Shown piece after piece: positions 1 to 8,839 of a stretch of 64,000 nt of DNA. Position 1 is the stretch's first letter, and the number at the start of each line of letters is the position of its first letter. The notes under the pieces are model-generated. The model did no database searches. It worked only from the letters and a program-made list of their open reading frames with translations, and was not told the DNA's origin. A program made the position numbers and the translations under genes. The DNA comes from an uncultured Acidobacteriaceae bacterium (GTDB taxonomy: Bacteria; Acidobacteriota; Terriglobia; Terriglobales; Acidobacteriaceae), in NCBI GenBank assembly GCA_964514735.1, contig CAZETZ010000006.1:5467-69466 (forward strand). Direction: 5' to 3'.

Positions 1-338
1 CGTTCCCGGACGAAGGCGAACAGGGCAAAGTTCACTGGCCAGAGAAAAGCCACGGCCTCTACCGCGATCCGCCCAGCGCCGGTGGCCGCAGTTGGGGCAG
101 CAAAAAATTCTATCGCGCGCTGCCCTAGGAACAGAACCAGCAGGGCAAATAGGACCCGGCTGGAATGAAAGCGGCTGACTAATAACATCCCTCCGCCAAA
201 CACAGCGTAGTAATAGAAGGTGATGGCTGAGGGAGCCAGCGGGATTAGACCGCTACGCAACAGCAGCGCAGTTGCGGCAAGGATCAGCGCTCCGGGGAAA
301 ACAAGCGACTTGAAAGTTTTGTGGTCCCAGATCTCCAC
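1..338 (-). CDS. partial (N-terminal part only) hypothetical multi-pass membrane protein, runs off the window
   Basis: The minus-strand frame from GTG (rc of 336-338) is open to position 1. It reads VEIWDHKTFKSLVFPGALILAATALLLRSGLIPLAPSAITFYYYAVFGGGMLLV... and is very hydrophobic. An in-frame TAA lies just upstream. It is not in the ORF track because it is truncated. Confidence 0.3.
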   Translation of the reverse strand, partial: MEIWDHKTFKSLVFPGALILAATALLLRSGLIPLAPSAITFYYYAVFGGGMLLVSRFHSSRVLFALLVLFLGQRAIEFFAAPTAATGAGRIAVEAVAFLWPVNFALFAFVRE

Positions 339-612
339 GCTGTAAGGGGCCCCTATTTCTGAGCGAGAATGAGGCCATTATCTCCGCTGGCCGGGCTGGT
401 GTTGAGTGACCGGCGGGGTTCCCGCCTCGAAATGTACTCCTGGAGAGGAATAGGCTAGTGATAGTTCTGGGCGGCGGGATTGGGTAGGTGCCGGTAGTGC
501 CAAGTTTTCAACTGTTTCCCAGAATGGGAAGGATAGCCCTTTGAGCGAGCGGTTCCATCTTGCCCTTACCCGGTTCGTGACTAACAATCGGAGTGTTTAT
601 TAAAGACATCTT

Positions 613-1299
613 ATGCGCATTCTGATTGCTGAAGACGACATTGCCTTGGCCAGTTTCGTTAAAAAAGGTTTGGAAGCGGAGCACTATGCGGCAGACGTAT
701 CCAGCGATGGGGAGCAGTCGCGCGCCATGGCGACCGAACTCGACTATGACTTGGTGGTGCTGGATCTCAACCTGCCGCGGCTGGATGGCGTGGCCGTGCT
801 GCGCTTTCTGCGCACCAAAAAGCCGAGTGTGCCGGTTTTGGTGTTGACCGGGCGCACGCGGGTGGAAGACCGGGTGCAGTGCCTGGATCTGGGCGCGGAC
901 GATTATCTGGTGAAGCCATTTTCCTTTACCGAGCTTTCGGCGCGAATCCGGGCGCTGCTGCGGCGCAGTCATTTGCCGGCCGAGTCGGTGCTGGCGGTGG
1001 ACGATTTGAAGCTGGACCGGGTGGAGCGGAAGGTCGAACGCGGGGGAAAAAGAATCGAGCTTACCTCCAAGGAGTTCGCCTTGCTTGAGTATCTGATGCG
1101 TAATGCCGGGCGGCGGATCACGCGGGCCATGATCATCGAGCATGTGTGGAATCTTTCCTTTGATACCTGTACCAACGTGGTGGATGTTTATGTCAACTAC
1201 CTCCGGCGGAAAGTGGATGATGGGCACGGAAAGCGGCTGATTCACACTATTCGCGGCGTGGGTTATGAATTGAGCGCGCACGCGGAGGCGAACGCTTGA
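613..1299 (+). CDS. OmpR/PhoB-family response regulator (receiver + winged-helix)
   Basis: Receiver motifs are MRILIAEDD, LVVLDLNLPRLDG and DDYLVKPF. The C-terminal winged helix reads LTSKEFALLEYLMRNAGRRITR...IHTIRGVGYEL. Confidence 0.9.
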   Translation: MRILIAEDDIALASFVKKGLEAEHYAADVSSDGEQSRAMATELDYDLVVLDLNLPRLDGVAVLRFLRTKKPSVPVLVLTGRTRVEDRVQCLDLGADDYLVKPFSFTELSARIRALLRRSHLPAESVLAVDDLKLDRVERKVERGGKRIELTSKEFALLEYLMRNAGRRITRAMIIEHVWNLSFDTCTNVVDVYVNYLRRKVDDGHGKRLIHTIRGVGYELSAHAEANA

Positions 1300-1976
1300 C
1301 GCCCGAAGTTGCCGCCCAGGAAGTCGCCGGCGAAAAGCGGCAGTTGGTTTCCGAGCTCTTTCATGCCTTGAGCCAGCCGATCACCGCCCTGCGCTGTTCC
1401 CTGGAGTTGGCCTTGCATACTCCGGCTTCCGTCCCTTCCAAAGAAAATCTGCAAGCCGCATTGGCGCACGCGGAGAAAATCGCGCAACTGGCTGGCGGCA
1501 TTCGTGAACTGATACAGGCCGATGATCCGGGGGATACGAAAACAGAACTGGTTCTGGAGGACTATCTTCGGGAAACCATTTCCGACCTGCAGCCGATCGC
1601 CGCCGCGGCACAAGTGCAAATGCGTCTTGGCGGGAGCCTGAGTGTCCGGGTCATGGCGGAGCCCAGGCGCTTGCAGCAGGCCTTGTTTTATTGGCTGGAA
1701 TTCGCCATCGCGTCCGCTTCCCCAGGGTCGGTCATGGACCTGCGCATGAGCGAACAAGACGGGCAGGCGGTGGTCACGCTGTCGGCGCCGCGCAAGCAGA
1801 TGGACCAAGCCGAGCTGCCATGCGCCGGCCCGGAGGGGGAAACCCAAGCGCAGAAGCTCAGCCGCCGCCTGGGTCTTGCGATTGCGGGGCGCATGTTTGA
1901 GAGCGTAGGGGGTGGATTGCAAGTGCAGGATGGCGGTCCGCTGCGTTTGCGATTTTACCTGCCGCGGGCCAGTTGA
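1296..1976 (+). CDS. histidine-kinase-like protein (DHp H-box present, no sensor or TM domain, degenerate ATP-binding boxes)
   Basis: The start overlaps the regulator stop. The H-box reads ELFHALSQPITALRCSLELAL. The C-terminal part only loosely resembles a HATPase domain (WLEFAIASASPGS; RRLGLAIAGRMFESVGGGL). Confidence 0.6.
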   Translation: MTPEVAAQEVAGEKRQLVSELFHALSQPITALRCSLELALHTPASVPSKENLQAALAHAEKIAQLAGGIRELIQADDPGDTKTELVLEDYLRETISDLQPIAAAAQVQMRLGGSLSVRVMAEPRRLQQALFYWLEFAIASASPGSVMDLRMSEQDGQAVVTLSAPRKQMDQAELPCAGPEGETQAQKLSRRLGLAIAGRMFESVGGGLQVQDGGPLRLRFYLPRAS

Positions 1977-2107
1977 GGAAATTCTCAATCAAGCAAGTTT
2001 TTCCCGAAATTCTGTTCTTGCCCATTCGTGGGAAAGATTTGCCGTCAACAGCGAATCCTAATCTGCGGCTAATCTCGTTCTTAACTCTCCAGACTTAAAT
2101 CGGTCCC

Positions 2108-3328
2108 ATGACCACATCTCTATGGCCTGCGCCCGATTCCGGCGGCGTGTTGGTGGCAAGTCCCAGTTCCTCCTTGCGCGAGCAAGTGCTTTCCAGTTTG
2201 CACGACCGGCACTGCCAGGTGCATGAGGCTTCCGGCGGGGCCGATGCTTTAACCAAGCTGGAGAATGGAAACTGGCAACTATTGTTTCTCGACCGCCGGC
2301 TACCGGACTTGGACGCGGAAGAGTTGATCGAAGTGATCAAACGCCGCTTTCCCGGAATTGAAGTGGTAGTGGTTGACTCCGATGGCGGAGCAGTGGTTCC
2401 AGCCTACGGACGGGCTGGCTGGCAGCAGCTCAAGCCGCACTTGCTGCGTTCGAAAGCGGAGAGTTCGCCGCTCCGGGCGCCCGGGGAAATTTCTGCGGTT
2501 CCATCCGACCAGGAATCCGATCCACTGCCGGGAATGATTGGACAGGCAGCGGCCATGCGGCGGGTCTACGAGTTGGTGCGGCGGGTCGCCCCGCGTTCGA
2601 CCACGGTGCTGATTACCGGAGCTACCGGGACCGGCAAAGAATTGGTGGCGCGCGCGGTCCATCGTTTAAGTCCGCGCTCCGCCAAGCCGTTCATGGTGGT
2701 CAATTGCGCGGCCATCCCCGAGGCGTTGCTGGAATCGGAGTTTTTTGGCTACACCCGGGGGGCTTTCACCGGCGCGGTGCAGGCCTATTCCGGGCGAATT
2801 CAGGCGGCCCAGGGGGGGACGCTTTTTCTCGACGAAATTGGCGAGTTGCCCTTGGGATTGCAGGCCAAGTTATTGCGCGTTCTCGACCAGAAGGAAGTCC
2901 AGCGCCTGGGGAGCAGTGAAAGCGTGCGGGTGGATGTGCGCATGGTGGCGGCCACCAACGCCGATCTGGCGGATGCGGTCCGCAAAAAGCTGTTTCGCGG
3001 CGATTTGTATTACCGCTTGGCGGCCTTCCCCTTGCATCTGCCGGGGCTGCGCGAGCGGGCCAGCGACATACCAACTTTGGCCCAACACTTTTTGCGGCAG
3101 ATTGCCCTGGAATCAAGAAGCCCCGCGCCGCCCTTGAGCGGCGATGCGGCCCGCGCCCTGGAACTGCATTCCTGGGAGGGCAATGTGCGCGAGCTTCAGC
3201 AGGTGATGGAGCGGGCCGCGATTCTGGCCTCCGGGCAGGAGGCGATCCTGCCCCAGCACCTTTATTTCGCCGGGGAGGACCGCAACCGGCCGCTCCGCGA
3301 GCCGGCCGCCGGCCGCGCCTCCGGGTAA
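2108..3328 (+). CDS. sigma-54-dependent activator (atypical receiver + AAA+), no C-terminal HTH
   Basis: Walker A is GATGTGKELVARAVH and the sigma-54 contact loop is GYTRGAFTGA. GNVRELQQVMERA lies close to the C-terminus, and the protein ends 35 aa later with no Fis-type HTH. The receiver retains LLFLDRRLPDLD, but the beta1 acidic pair is replaced (VLVASPSSS). Confidence 0.85.
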   Translation: MTTSLWPAPDSGGVLVASPSSSLREQVLSSLHDRHCQVHEASGGADALTKLENGNWQLLFLDRRLPDLDAEELIEVIKRRFPGIEVVVVDSDGGAVVPAYGRAGWQQLKPHLLRSKAESSPLRAPGEISAVPSDQESDPLPGMIGQAAAMRRVYELVRRVAPRSTTVLITGATGTGKELVARAVHRLSPRSAKPFMVVNCAAIPEALLESEFFGYTRGAFTGAVQAYSGRIQAAQGGTLFLDEIGELPLGLQAKLLRVLDQKEVQRLGSSESVRVDVRMVAATNADLADAVRKKLFRGDLYYRLAAFPLHLPGLRERASDIPTLAQHFLRQIALESRSPAPPLSGDAARALELHSWEGNVRELQQVMERAAILASGQEAILPQHLYFAGEDRNRPLREPAAGRASG

Positions 3329-3356
3329 GAAAAATCTTAGCTGCCAGGGAACAAGC

Positions 3357-3372
3357 TGGCAGCCGTGTTGCA
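3357..3372 (+). promoter_or_regulatory. candidate sigma-54 (-24/-12) promoter TGGCAG-N5-TTGCA
   Basis: tggcagccgtgttgca has GG at 3358-3359 and GC at 3370-3371, which is the canonical 12-nt register. It is intergenic, 17 nt upstream of the kinase ATG. Confidence 0.55.
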
Positions 3373-3387
3373 CGCAGCGCACTGTAT

Positions 3388-4632
3388 ATGGCCAGTCCCT
3401 CTGCCTCTCTCGCATTGTCTTCGGCGGTGCCGCAGCCGGAGTTGATTTCCCTGGAAGAACGCTCGCTGGTGCGGGCCTTTGCGCTGTTCACCGACGCGGC
3501 GGCCGCGCTGGAGCGGTCCTATGCGCAACTGCAGGGTGAAGTGGCGCGGATGCGGCGGGAACTGGAGGAAACCAACCGGGACCTGTCGCGAAGCCTGGAG
3601 AGCAACCAGCGCATGCAACAGCACCTGGACCGGATTGTGGAGGCGCTGCCCTGCGGGGTGCTGGTGGTTGAAGCCGGGGGACAGGTTTCGGTGGCCAACC
3701 CGGAGGCGCGGAAGTTGTTGGCGGCCCCGGACGGCCTTCCCCTTGCGGTGGTCGACCAGTTGCCGGATTGGGCGGTGGAGTTGCTGGAGCGCACTTCCGC
3801 CCAGTGGGGCGAGTCGGAGTTTGCCTGCGCCCAGGGCGAAACGGAATGGCTGGCGGCGCGCCGGGCGCAGTTGCCGGACGGCGAAGGGGGCAGCGCGATT
3901 TTTATCGTGCGCGACGCCAGCGAGTCCAAGCGGCTGGAGCGGGCGCAGGACGCGTTGCGGCGGCGGCAGGCGCTGGCCGAGATGTCCGCGCTGCTGGCCC
4001 ATGAGATCCGCAATCCCCTAGGCAGCCTGGAACTGTTTGCCGGCCTGCTGGCCGAAGCCGGGCTGGGCGGCGAAGCCGAGCAGTGGGTGGCCCATGTGCA
4101 GGCCGGACTGCGCATGCTGTCCGCGACCGTGAACAACGTTTTGCATTTTCACAGCCCGCCGCTGCTGGAGCTGGTGTCCACCGACCTGGGGCAGATGCTG
4201 CGCGCGATGGAAGAGTTTTTGCGTCCCCTGGCGCAACAAGCCCGGGTGCAAGTGGAACTGGAACATCAACTGGACGGAGTGCTGGTGGCCGCCGACCATC
4301 ATCGCCTGGAGCAGGTGGTATTGAACCTAGCGTTGAATGCGTTTCGCTTCCTGCCGCAGGGTGGCAAGGTCAACCTGCGCGGCACGGTGGACGAAAAACA
4401 GGACCCTCGCGTGGCCCGCCTGGAGATCCGGGATTCAGGGCCGGGGGTCGCGGCCGAGCATCTGGACCGCATCTTCGAGCCGGGATTTACCACCCGGCCG
4501 GGAAGTCCGGGACTGGGGCTTGCGGTCTGCAAAACCATCGTCGAGCAGCACGGAGGTCGTATCGCGCTGTCGAGCACGGCGAATGGCGCCACCTTCAGCC
4601 TGGAATTTCCGCTGCTGGAGGCGACGCGATGA
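3388..4632 (+). CDS. soluble sensor histidine kinase (coiled-coil/PAS-like N-terminus, HisKA, HATPase), FleS/FlgS-like by context
   Basis: H-box is LLAHEIRNPLGSLELF, N box LNLALNAFRF, G1 RDSGPGV and G2 PGLGLAVCKTIVEQHGGRI. No hydrophobic TM segment is seen. The stop overlaps the next gene's start (ATGA). Confidence 0.85.
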   Translation: MASPSASLALSSAVPQPELISLEERSLVRAFALFTDAAAALERSYAQLQGEVARMRRELEETNRDLSRSLESNQRMQQHLDRIVEALPCGVLVVEAGGQVSVANPEARKLLAAPDGLPLAVVDQLPDWAVELLERTSAQWGESEFACAQGETEWLAARRAQLPDGEGGSAIFIVRDASESKRLERAQDALRRRQALAEMSALLAHEIRNPLGSLELFAGLLAEAGLGGEAEQWVAHVQAGLRMLSATVNNVLHFHSPPLLELVSTDLGQMLRAMEEFLRPLAQQARVQVELEHQLDGVLVAADHHRLEQVVLNLALNAFRFLPQGGKVNLRGTVDEKQDPRVARLEIRDSGPGVAAEHLDRIFEPGFTTRPGSPGLGLAVCKTIVEQHGGRIALSSTANGATFSLEFPLLEATR

Positions 4633-6023
4633 AAGCACTGGCCATGGACCAGGAAGCGGGTCCGACAAATGTTCCAGCCGCGCCGCTGCCATTTCCCACC
4701 CGCTCGGAGCTGCATCAGGTGCTGGTGGTGGATGACGAAATCGGCATGCGCTCGGCGCTGGAGTCGAGTTTTCTGCGCCGGGGGTGGAAAGTGGAGAGCG
4801 CGGCCGGGGTGGGCGACGCGGTGGCGCGTTTTCGCCGCCATATGCATCCCCTGGTCATTACCGACATCCGCATGCCGGATGGCGACGGTTTTGCCGTCAT
4901 GCGCGAAGTCCGCGCCCTGGCCCCGCAGACCGCAGTGATCCTGCTGACGGCGTTTGGCAGCGTGCCGGATGCGGTGCACGCCATGCGCGACGGCGCCTTT
5001 GATTATCTGATCAAGCCGGTGGCGTTTGAGCCGCTAGAAAGCGCGGCCCGGCGGCTGTTGCAACAGGCGTCCCAGGCCGGGGTGGCCTTGGTGGGAAACG
5101 CCCCCGCTTGGCGGCGGGCGATCACGCGCGCCCAGCAGGTGGCGGCCACCGACGCCGATATTTTGCTGCAGGCCGAAAGCGGCGCCGGCAAGGAGCTGGT
5201 GGCGCGCATGATTCATGGGCTGAGTCCGCGGCGGGGGCGGCCTTTGGTGGCGGTGAACTGCGCGGCGTTTCCCGATACTTTATTAGAGAGCGAATTATTT
5301 GGCTATGCCAAGGGGGCCTTCACCGGCGCGGTGGGCAGCAAGCCGGGAAAATTCGAGCTGGCCCATGGGGGAACTTTGCTGCTCGATGAAGTGGGCGAGA
5401 TGCCTCTGCCGGTACAACCGAAACTTCTGCGGGCCTTGCAGGAGCGGGAGTTTGACCGCCTGGGGGACACCCGCCCGGTCAAGGTGGACATTCGCGTGAT
5501 TGCCACCACCAATCGCCCGCTGGAAGCCATGGTCAAGCAAGGCCAGTTTCGCGCCGACCTCTATTACCGGCTCAATGTAATCCCGCTCAGCCTGCCTCCC
5601 TTGCGCGAGCGGGGCGAAGACGTGCGCGCGCTGGCCCAGCACTTTACCCGGCTGTACGCGCCCGCGGGAAGGGCCCCGGCCCTGCGCGAGGAGTTCCTGG
5701 AGCGGCTGCAACGGTATGACTGGCCGGGGAACGTGCGCGAGCTGGCCAACCTGATGCGGCGCGCGCTGGCCCTGTCGCCGGAGGAAATCGGACTGGAAGT
5801 GCTGGATCCGATGGAGTTGCCGCCGGCCCTGCCCAGTGGCGCCCAGTTGCGGGCGGGAATTTCGCTGGCCGAGGCGGAACGGCGCTTGATCGAAGTGACG
5901 CTGGAAGCCACCGCGGGAAACCGCTCGCGGGCGGCGGAGATGCTGGGAGTCAGTTTACGCACCGTGCGCAACAAAGTCCGGGGCTACGGGCTGCCGGCAA
6001 GGAGCGACTATGTCCATGGTTGA
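4629..6023 (+). CDS. NtrC-family sigma-54-dependent response regulator (REC + AAA+ + Fis HTH), FleR/FlrC-like by context
   Basis: The start was chosen at ATG 4629 (ATGA overlap with the kinase). REC motifs are VLVVDDE, LVITDIRMPDGDG and DYLIKPV. AAA+ motifs are ESGAGKELVARMIH and GYAKGAFTGA. The HTH reads NRSRAAEMLGVSLRTVRNKVRGYGL. Confidence 0.9.
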   Translation: MKALAMDQEAGPTNVPAAPLPFPTRSELHQVLVVDDEIGMRSALESSFLRRGWKVESAAGVGDAVARFRRHMHPLVITDIRMPDGDGFAVMREVRALAPQTAVILLTAFGSVPDAVHAMRDGAFDYLIKPVAFEPLESAARRLLQQASQAGVALVGNAPAWRRAITRAQQVAATDADILLQAESGAGKELVARMIHGLSPRRGRPLVAVNCAAFPDTLLESELFGYAKGAFTGAVGSKPGKFELAHGGTLLLDEVGEMPLPVQPKLLRALQEREFDRLGDTRPVKVDIRVIATTNRPLEAMVKQGQFRADLYYRLNVIPLSLPPLRERGEDVRALAQHFTRLYAPAGRAPALREEFLERLQRYDWPGNVRELANLMRRALALSPEEIGLEVLDPMELPPALPSGAQLRAGISLAEAERRLIEVTLEATAGNRSRAAEMLGVSLRTVRNKVRGYGLPARSDYVHG

Positions 6024-6375
6024 TACCCCGATGACCGCGGTGTTGGGTCACTTTCTCGATCTCAGCGCCTATCGCGAGTCGCTCATCGGCTCGAACCTGG
6101 CCAACATCGATACCCCCAACTACCGGGCGCGCGACCTCAACTTCCGCCAGGAACTCGACCGCGCCGATGGCGGAGAGATGCAGTATGCCTCGTTCCATCC
6201 CCTGGCGCGGCCGGTGCGCGGTCTGGTGGAACGGCCCGATGGCAATAACGTCAGCCTGGAACGCGAGACCCTGCTGCTGGCCGAGACGCAGTTGAAGTTC
6301 AACATCGGGGTGCAGGTGTTGCGGGCGGAATTTCACCGGATCTCGAGCGCCATCCATGAAGGGAGCGCGGCATGA
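6010..6375 (+). CDS. flgB: flagellar basal-body rod protein FlgB
   Basis: Carries the N-terminal rod signature SNLANIDTPNYRARD. The 121-aa size and the position ahead of flgC fit. Confidence 0.9.
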   Translation: MSMVDTPMTAVLGHFLDLSAYRESLIGSNLANIDTPNYRARDLNFRQELDRADGGEMQYASFHPLARPVRGLVERPDGNNVSLERETLLLAETQLKFNIGVQVLRAEFHRISSAIHEGSAA

Positions 6376-6806
6376 ACCTGTTTGGCATGCTGGAACTGAG
6401 CGGGGGGGCGCTTTCCGCCGAACGGCAGCGGGCCGAAGTGGTCACCAGTAACATGGCCAATGCGGAGACCACCCGGACCGCCGAGGGCGGCCCCTACCGC
6501 AGGCAGTTGGTGGTGTTTCGCGCCCGCCGCGCCCCCGAGTTTCCCCTGATGCTGGCCGGGTTGCGGAACGTTTCTGCGCGCGGGGTGCGCGTAGACCAGG
6601 TGGTGAGCGATCCGGCGCCGGCCCTGCAACGCTACCAGCCGGGGCATCCGGACGCCGACGCCAAAGGCTACGTGGCCTATCCCGCGATCAATCCGGTCGA
6701 AGAGATGACCGACCTGCTGGGCGCGGTGCGTTCGTACGAGTTGAATGCCGCGGCGGTGCAGGCGGCCAAAAACATGATCCAGCAATCGCTGGACATACTG
6801 CGATAG
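6372..6806 (+). CDS. flgC: flagellar basal-body rod protein FlgC
   Basis: Motifs are SNMANAETTRTAEGGPYRR and the C-terminal YELNAAAVQAAKNMIQQSLDIL. Confidence 0.92.
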   Translation: MNLFGMLELSGGALSAERQRAEVVTSNMANAETTRTAEGGPYRRQLVVFRARRAPEFPLMLAGLRNVSARGVRVDQVVSDPAPALQRYQPGHPDADAKGYVAYPAINPVEEMTDLLGAVRSYELNAAAVQAAKNMIQQSLDILR

Positions 6807-6818
6807 AAAGGCGTTTCC

Positions 6819-7115
6819 ATGGCGGATCCAATTTCAAGCGTGCGGATGGCGGCCCCGGGCACGGGCGAAGCGGCGAAAAGCGCGGGGGGAAAAGAGTGGG
6901 GATTTCTCGAGACCTTGCGGGGCGCGATGGACCAGGTCAACCAGCTCCAGGGTACGGCGGATGCCAAGGTCTCGTCCGTGCTCGCAGGCAACGGCATGGA
7001 TGTGCACAGCGCCATGATTGCGGTGGAAAAGGCGGACCTCTCCTTCCAGCTGATGATGCAGGTGCGGAACAAGATTGTGGCCGCGTATCAGGAAGTTTCG
7101 CGCATGCAGTTCTGA
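6819..7115 (+). CDS. fliE: flagellar hook-basal body complex protein FliE
   Basis: 98 aa. The C-terminus reads AMIAVEKADLSFQLMMQVRNKIVAAYQEVSRMQF, typical of FliE. Synteny flgBC-fliE fits. Confidence 0.9.
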   Translation: MADPISSVRMAAPGTGEAAKSAGGKEWGFLETLRGAMDQVNQLQGTADAKVSSVLAGNGMDVHSAMIAVEKADLSFQLMMQVRNKIVAAYQEVSRMQF

Positions 7116-7219
7116 GCCGGAGCCGACCCGAGGGCCCCCGCGATTTCCCGGGAGCACAGGGGTGGGATGACGTCCAGCCCGTTTTTTTTAAGCGCTGGCG
7201 GTGAAGTCCATACAAGAAG

Positions 7220-8839
7220 GTGGCAGACGGGCCCAAATCGTTCAGCCAGGTCTTAAACCAGGCGGGGGAGATGCTGCGCGGTCTCAGCTTCGCGCAGCGT
7301 GTCATGTTGGCGGCCGGCGCGGTGTTGGTAGGGGCCACGCTCTGGGTGTTTGTGGGATGGATGGGAAAGCCGAAGATGGTCACGCTGTACTCCGGCCTGA
7401 AGCCGGGGGACGCGCAGGCCATGGGAGCGCGGCTGGCGGCCAAAAACATTGCCTATGAACTCTCCCCCGATGGCGCGACCCTCTCGGTCGCTGGGGAACA
7501 GTTGGATGCCGCGCGTCTGGAGACCGCGGCGCAAGGTTTGCCGCGCAATGCGCGCCTGGGGTTTGAGCTGTTTGATTCGCCCAACTGGGCGGGATCGGAT
7601 TTCACCGAAAAGGTGAACTATCAGCGGGCGCTCGAGGGCGAACTGGAGCGTACGCTGCAGACCCTCAGCGAGGTGGAGGCGGTACGGGTCCATCTGGTGC
7701 TGCCCCATGAATCCTTATTCACCGACCAGGAGAGCGAGGCCAAGGCCGCGGTCATCTTAAAGACCCGCGGAGGAAGGCTTTCCGAGCAGGCGCAAGCGGC
7801 CATCCCGCAATTAGTGGCCAGTGCGGTGGAGCAGTTGCGTCCGGAGAATGTGACCGTGGTCGACGCCGACAGCAACACCCCCTTGCTGCGCCCCCATGGG
7901 ATGGGCGGAGGACGCGCCGCCTATGATTTGGACGAAGAGCTGGCGAAAACCATCGTGCACACCCTCGAGCCGGTGGTGGGCGAAGGCCATGTGCGCGCCA
8001 GCGTGCATGTGGAATACGACCTCAGCACCAGCGAGGACACGCAGGAAATCTACGATCCGAAAACGACCGCCGCCCTGACCCAGCAAAAATCCGACGAGAA
8101 TCTGGGAGGAAGCGGCCCGGCGGGAGTGCCCGGCACCGCCAGCAATCTGCCCGCGGGGACGCAGGGCGCGGTCACGGTGGCCCCGGAAACCTCCACCTCG
8201 CACTCGGAGAGCGCGACCTTTGCCGTCAGCAAAAGCACCCGGCACGTTTCCCAGCCTCCGGGCCGCATTCGCCGCCTGGCGGCGGCCGTACTGGTGGATG
8301 ACGCGGTCGATGTCACCGGCCAGAACGGCAAGCAAACCGCGAACCGGCGCAAACGCAGCGCGGAGGAAATGAAACAGATCGAACAGCTCACCGCCGCCGC
8401 CATCGGCCTCGATAGCCAGCGGGGAGACCTGATTTCCATCCAGAACCTCTCGTTCCAGGAGCTGCCGGTGGAAGCCCCGGCCGCTGCCGGAAAGTGGGAC
8501 TGGGTCCGGCGCCTGCTACAGCAGTGGTCGTTTGTTCTGCGCTATGCCGGGATCGCGGCCTTGTTCCTGATTGTGTACCTGCTGATTCTGCGTCCGGTGA
8601 AGAAGCAAGTATTGACCGCCTTCCAGGAGTTGCCGGCTCGGCTCGCGCACACTCACAAGGAATTGGCCAAAGCGGAAGCCGCCACCCAGGCGGTGGAGAT
8701 CGAACTGCCGGGGGCCAGCGATCAGGCCCGGCGCGCCTCCGCGCTGAAGAAGCAGTTGGCGGACAAAGTGCGGCACGAGCCGGCCGCGGCCAGCCGTCTG
8801 GTACAGACCTGGATCCGTGACACAGGGAAAGAGACATGA
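7220..8839 (+). CDS. fliF: flagellar MS-ring protein FliF
   Basis: GTG start. It has an N-terminal TM segment (VMLAAGAVLVGATLWVFVGW) and YscJ/FliF motifs (FELFDSPNWAGSDFTEKVNYQRALEGELERTL). A second TM segment lies near the C-terminus. Confidence 0.92.
   Translation: MADGPKSFSQVLNQAGEMLRGLSFAQRVMLAAGAVLVGATLWVFVGWMGKPKMVTLYSGLKPGDAQAMGARLAAKNIAYELSPDGATLSVAGEQLDAARLETAAQGLPRNARLGFELFDSPNWAGSDFTEKVNYQRALEGELERTLQTLSEVEAVRVHLVLPHESLFTDQESEAKAAVILKTRGGRLSEQAQAAIPQLVASAVEQLRPENVTVVDADSNTPLLRPHGMGGGRAAYDLDEELAKTIVHTLEPVVGEGHVRASVHVEYDLSTSEDTQEIYDPKTTAALTQQKSDENLGGSGPAGVPGTASNLPAGTQGAVTVAPETSTSHSESATFAVSKSTRHVSQPPGRIRRLAAAVLVDDAVDVTGQNGKQTANRRKRSAEEMKQIEQLTAAAIGLDSQRGDLISIQNLSFQELPVEAPAAAGKWDWVRRLLQQWSFVLRYAGIAALFLIVYLLILRPVKKQVLTAFQELPARLAHTHKELAKAEAATQAVEIELPGASDQARRASALKKQLADKVRHEPAAASRLVQTWIRDTGKET

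Noticed and set aside
2029-2042. Sigma-54-like motif tgggaaagatttgc upstream of the first activator.
   Set aside because: The GG to GC spacing is one nucleotide short of the canonical register (11 instead of 12).
4083-4628. Long N-terminal extension of the second sigma-54 regulator ORF (the track gives 4083-6023, 646 aa).
   Set aside because: The extension overlaps the kinase gene in another frame and translates to Gly/Arg/Ala-rich nonsense. The ATG at 4629 gives an ATGA stop-start overlap and a normal receiver N-terminus.
7159-7189. Hairpin plus T8 run between fliE and fliF that looks like an intrinsic terminator.
   Set aside because: The stem is only 7 positions with one mismatch and one G-U pair. 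A real terminator here would leave fliF with 30 nt and no recognisable promoter. It may be a partial attenuator at most.
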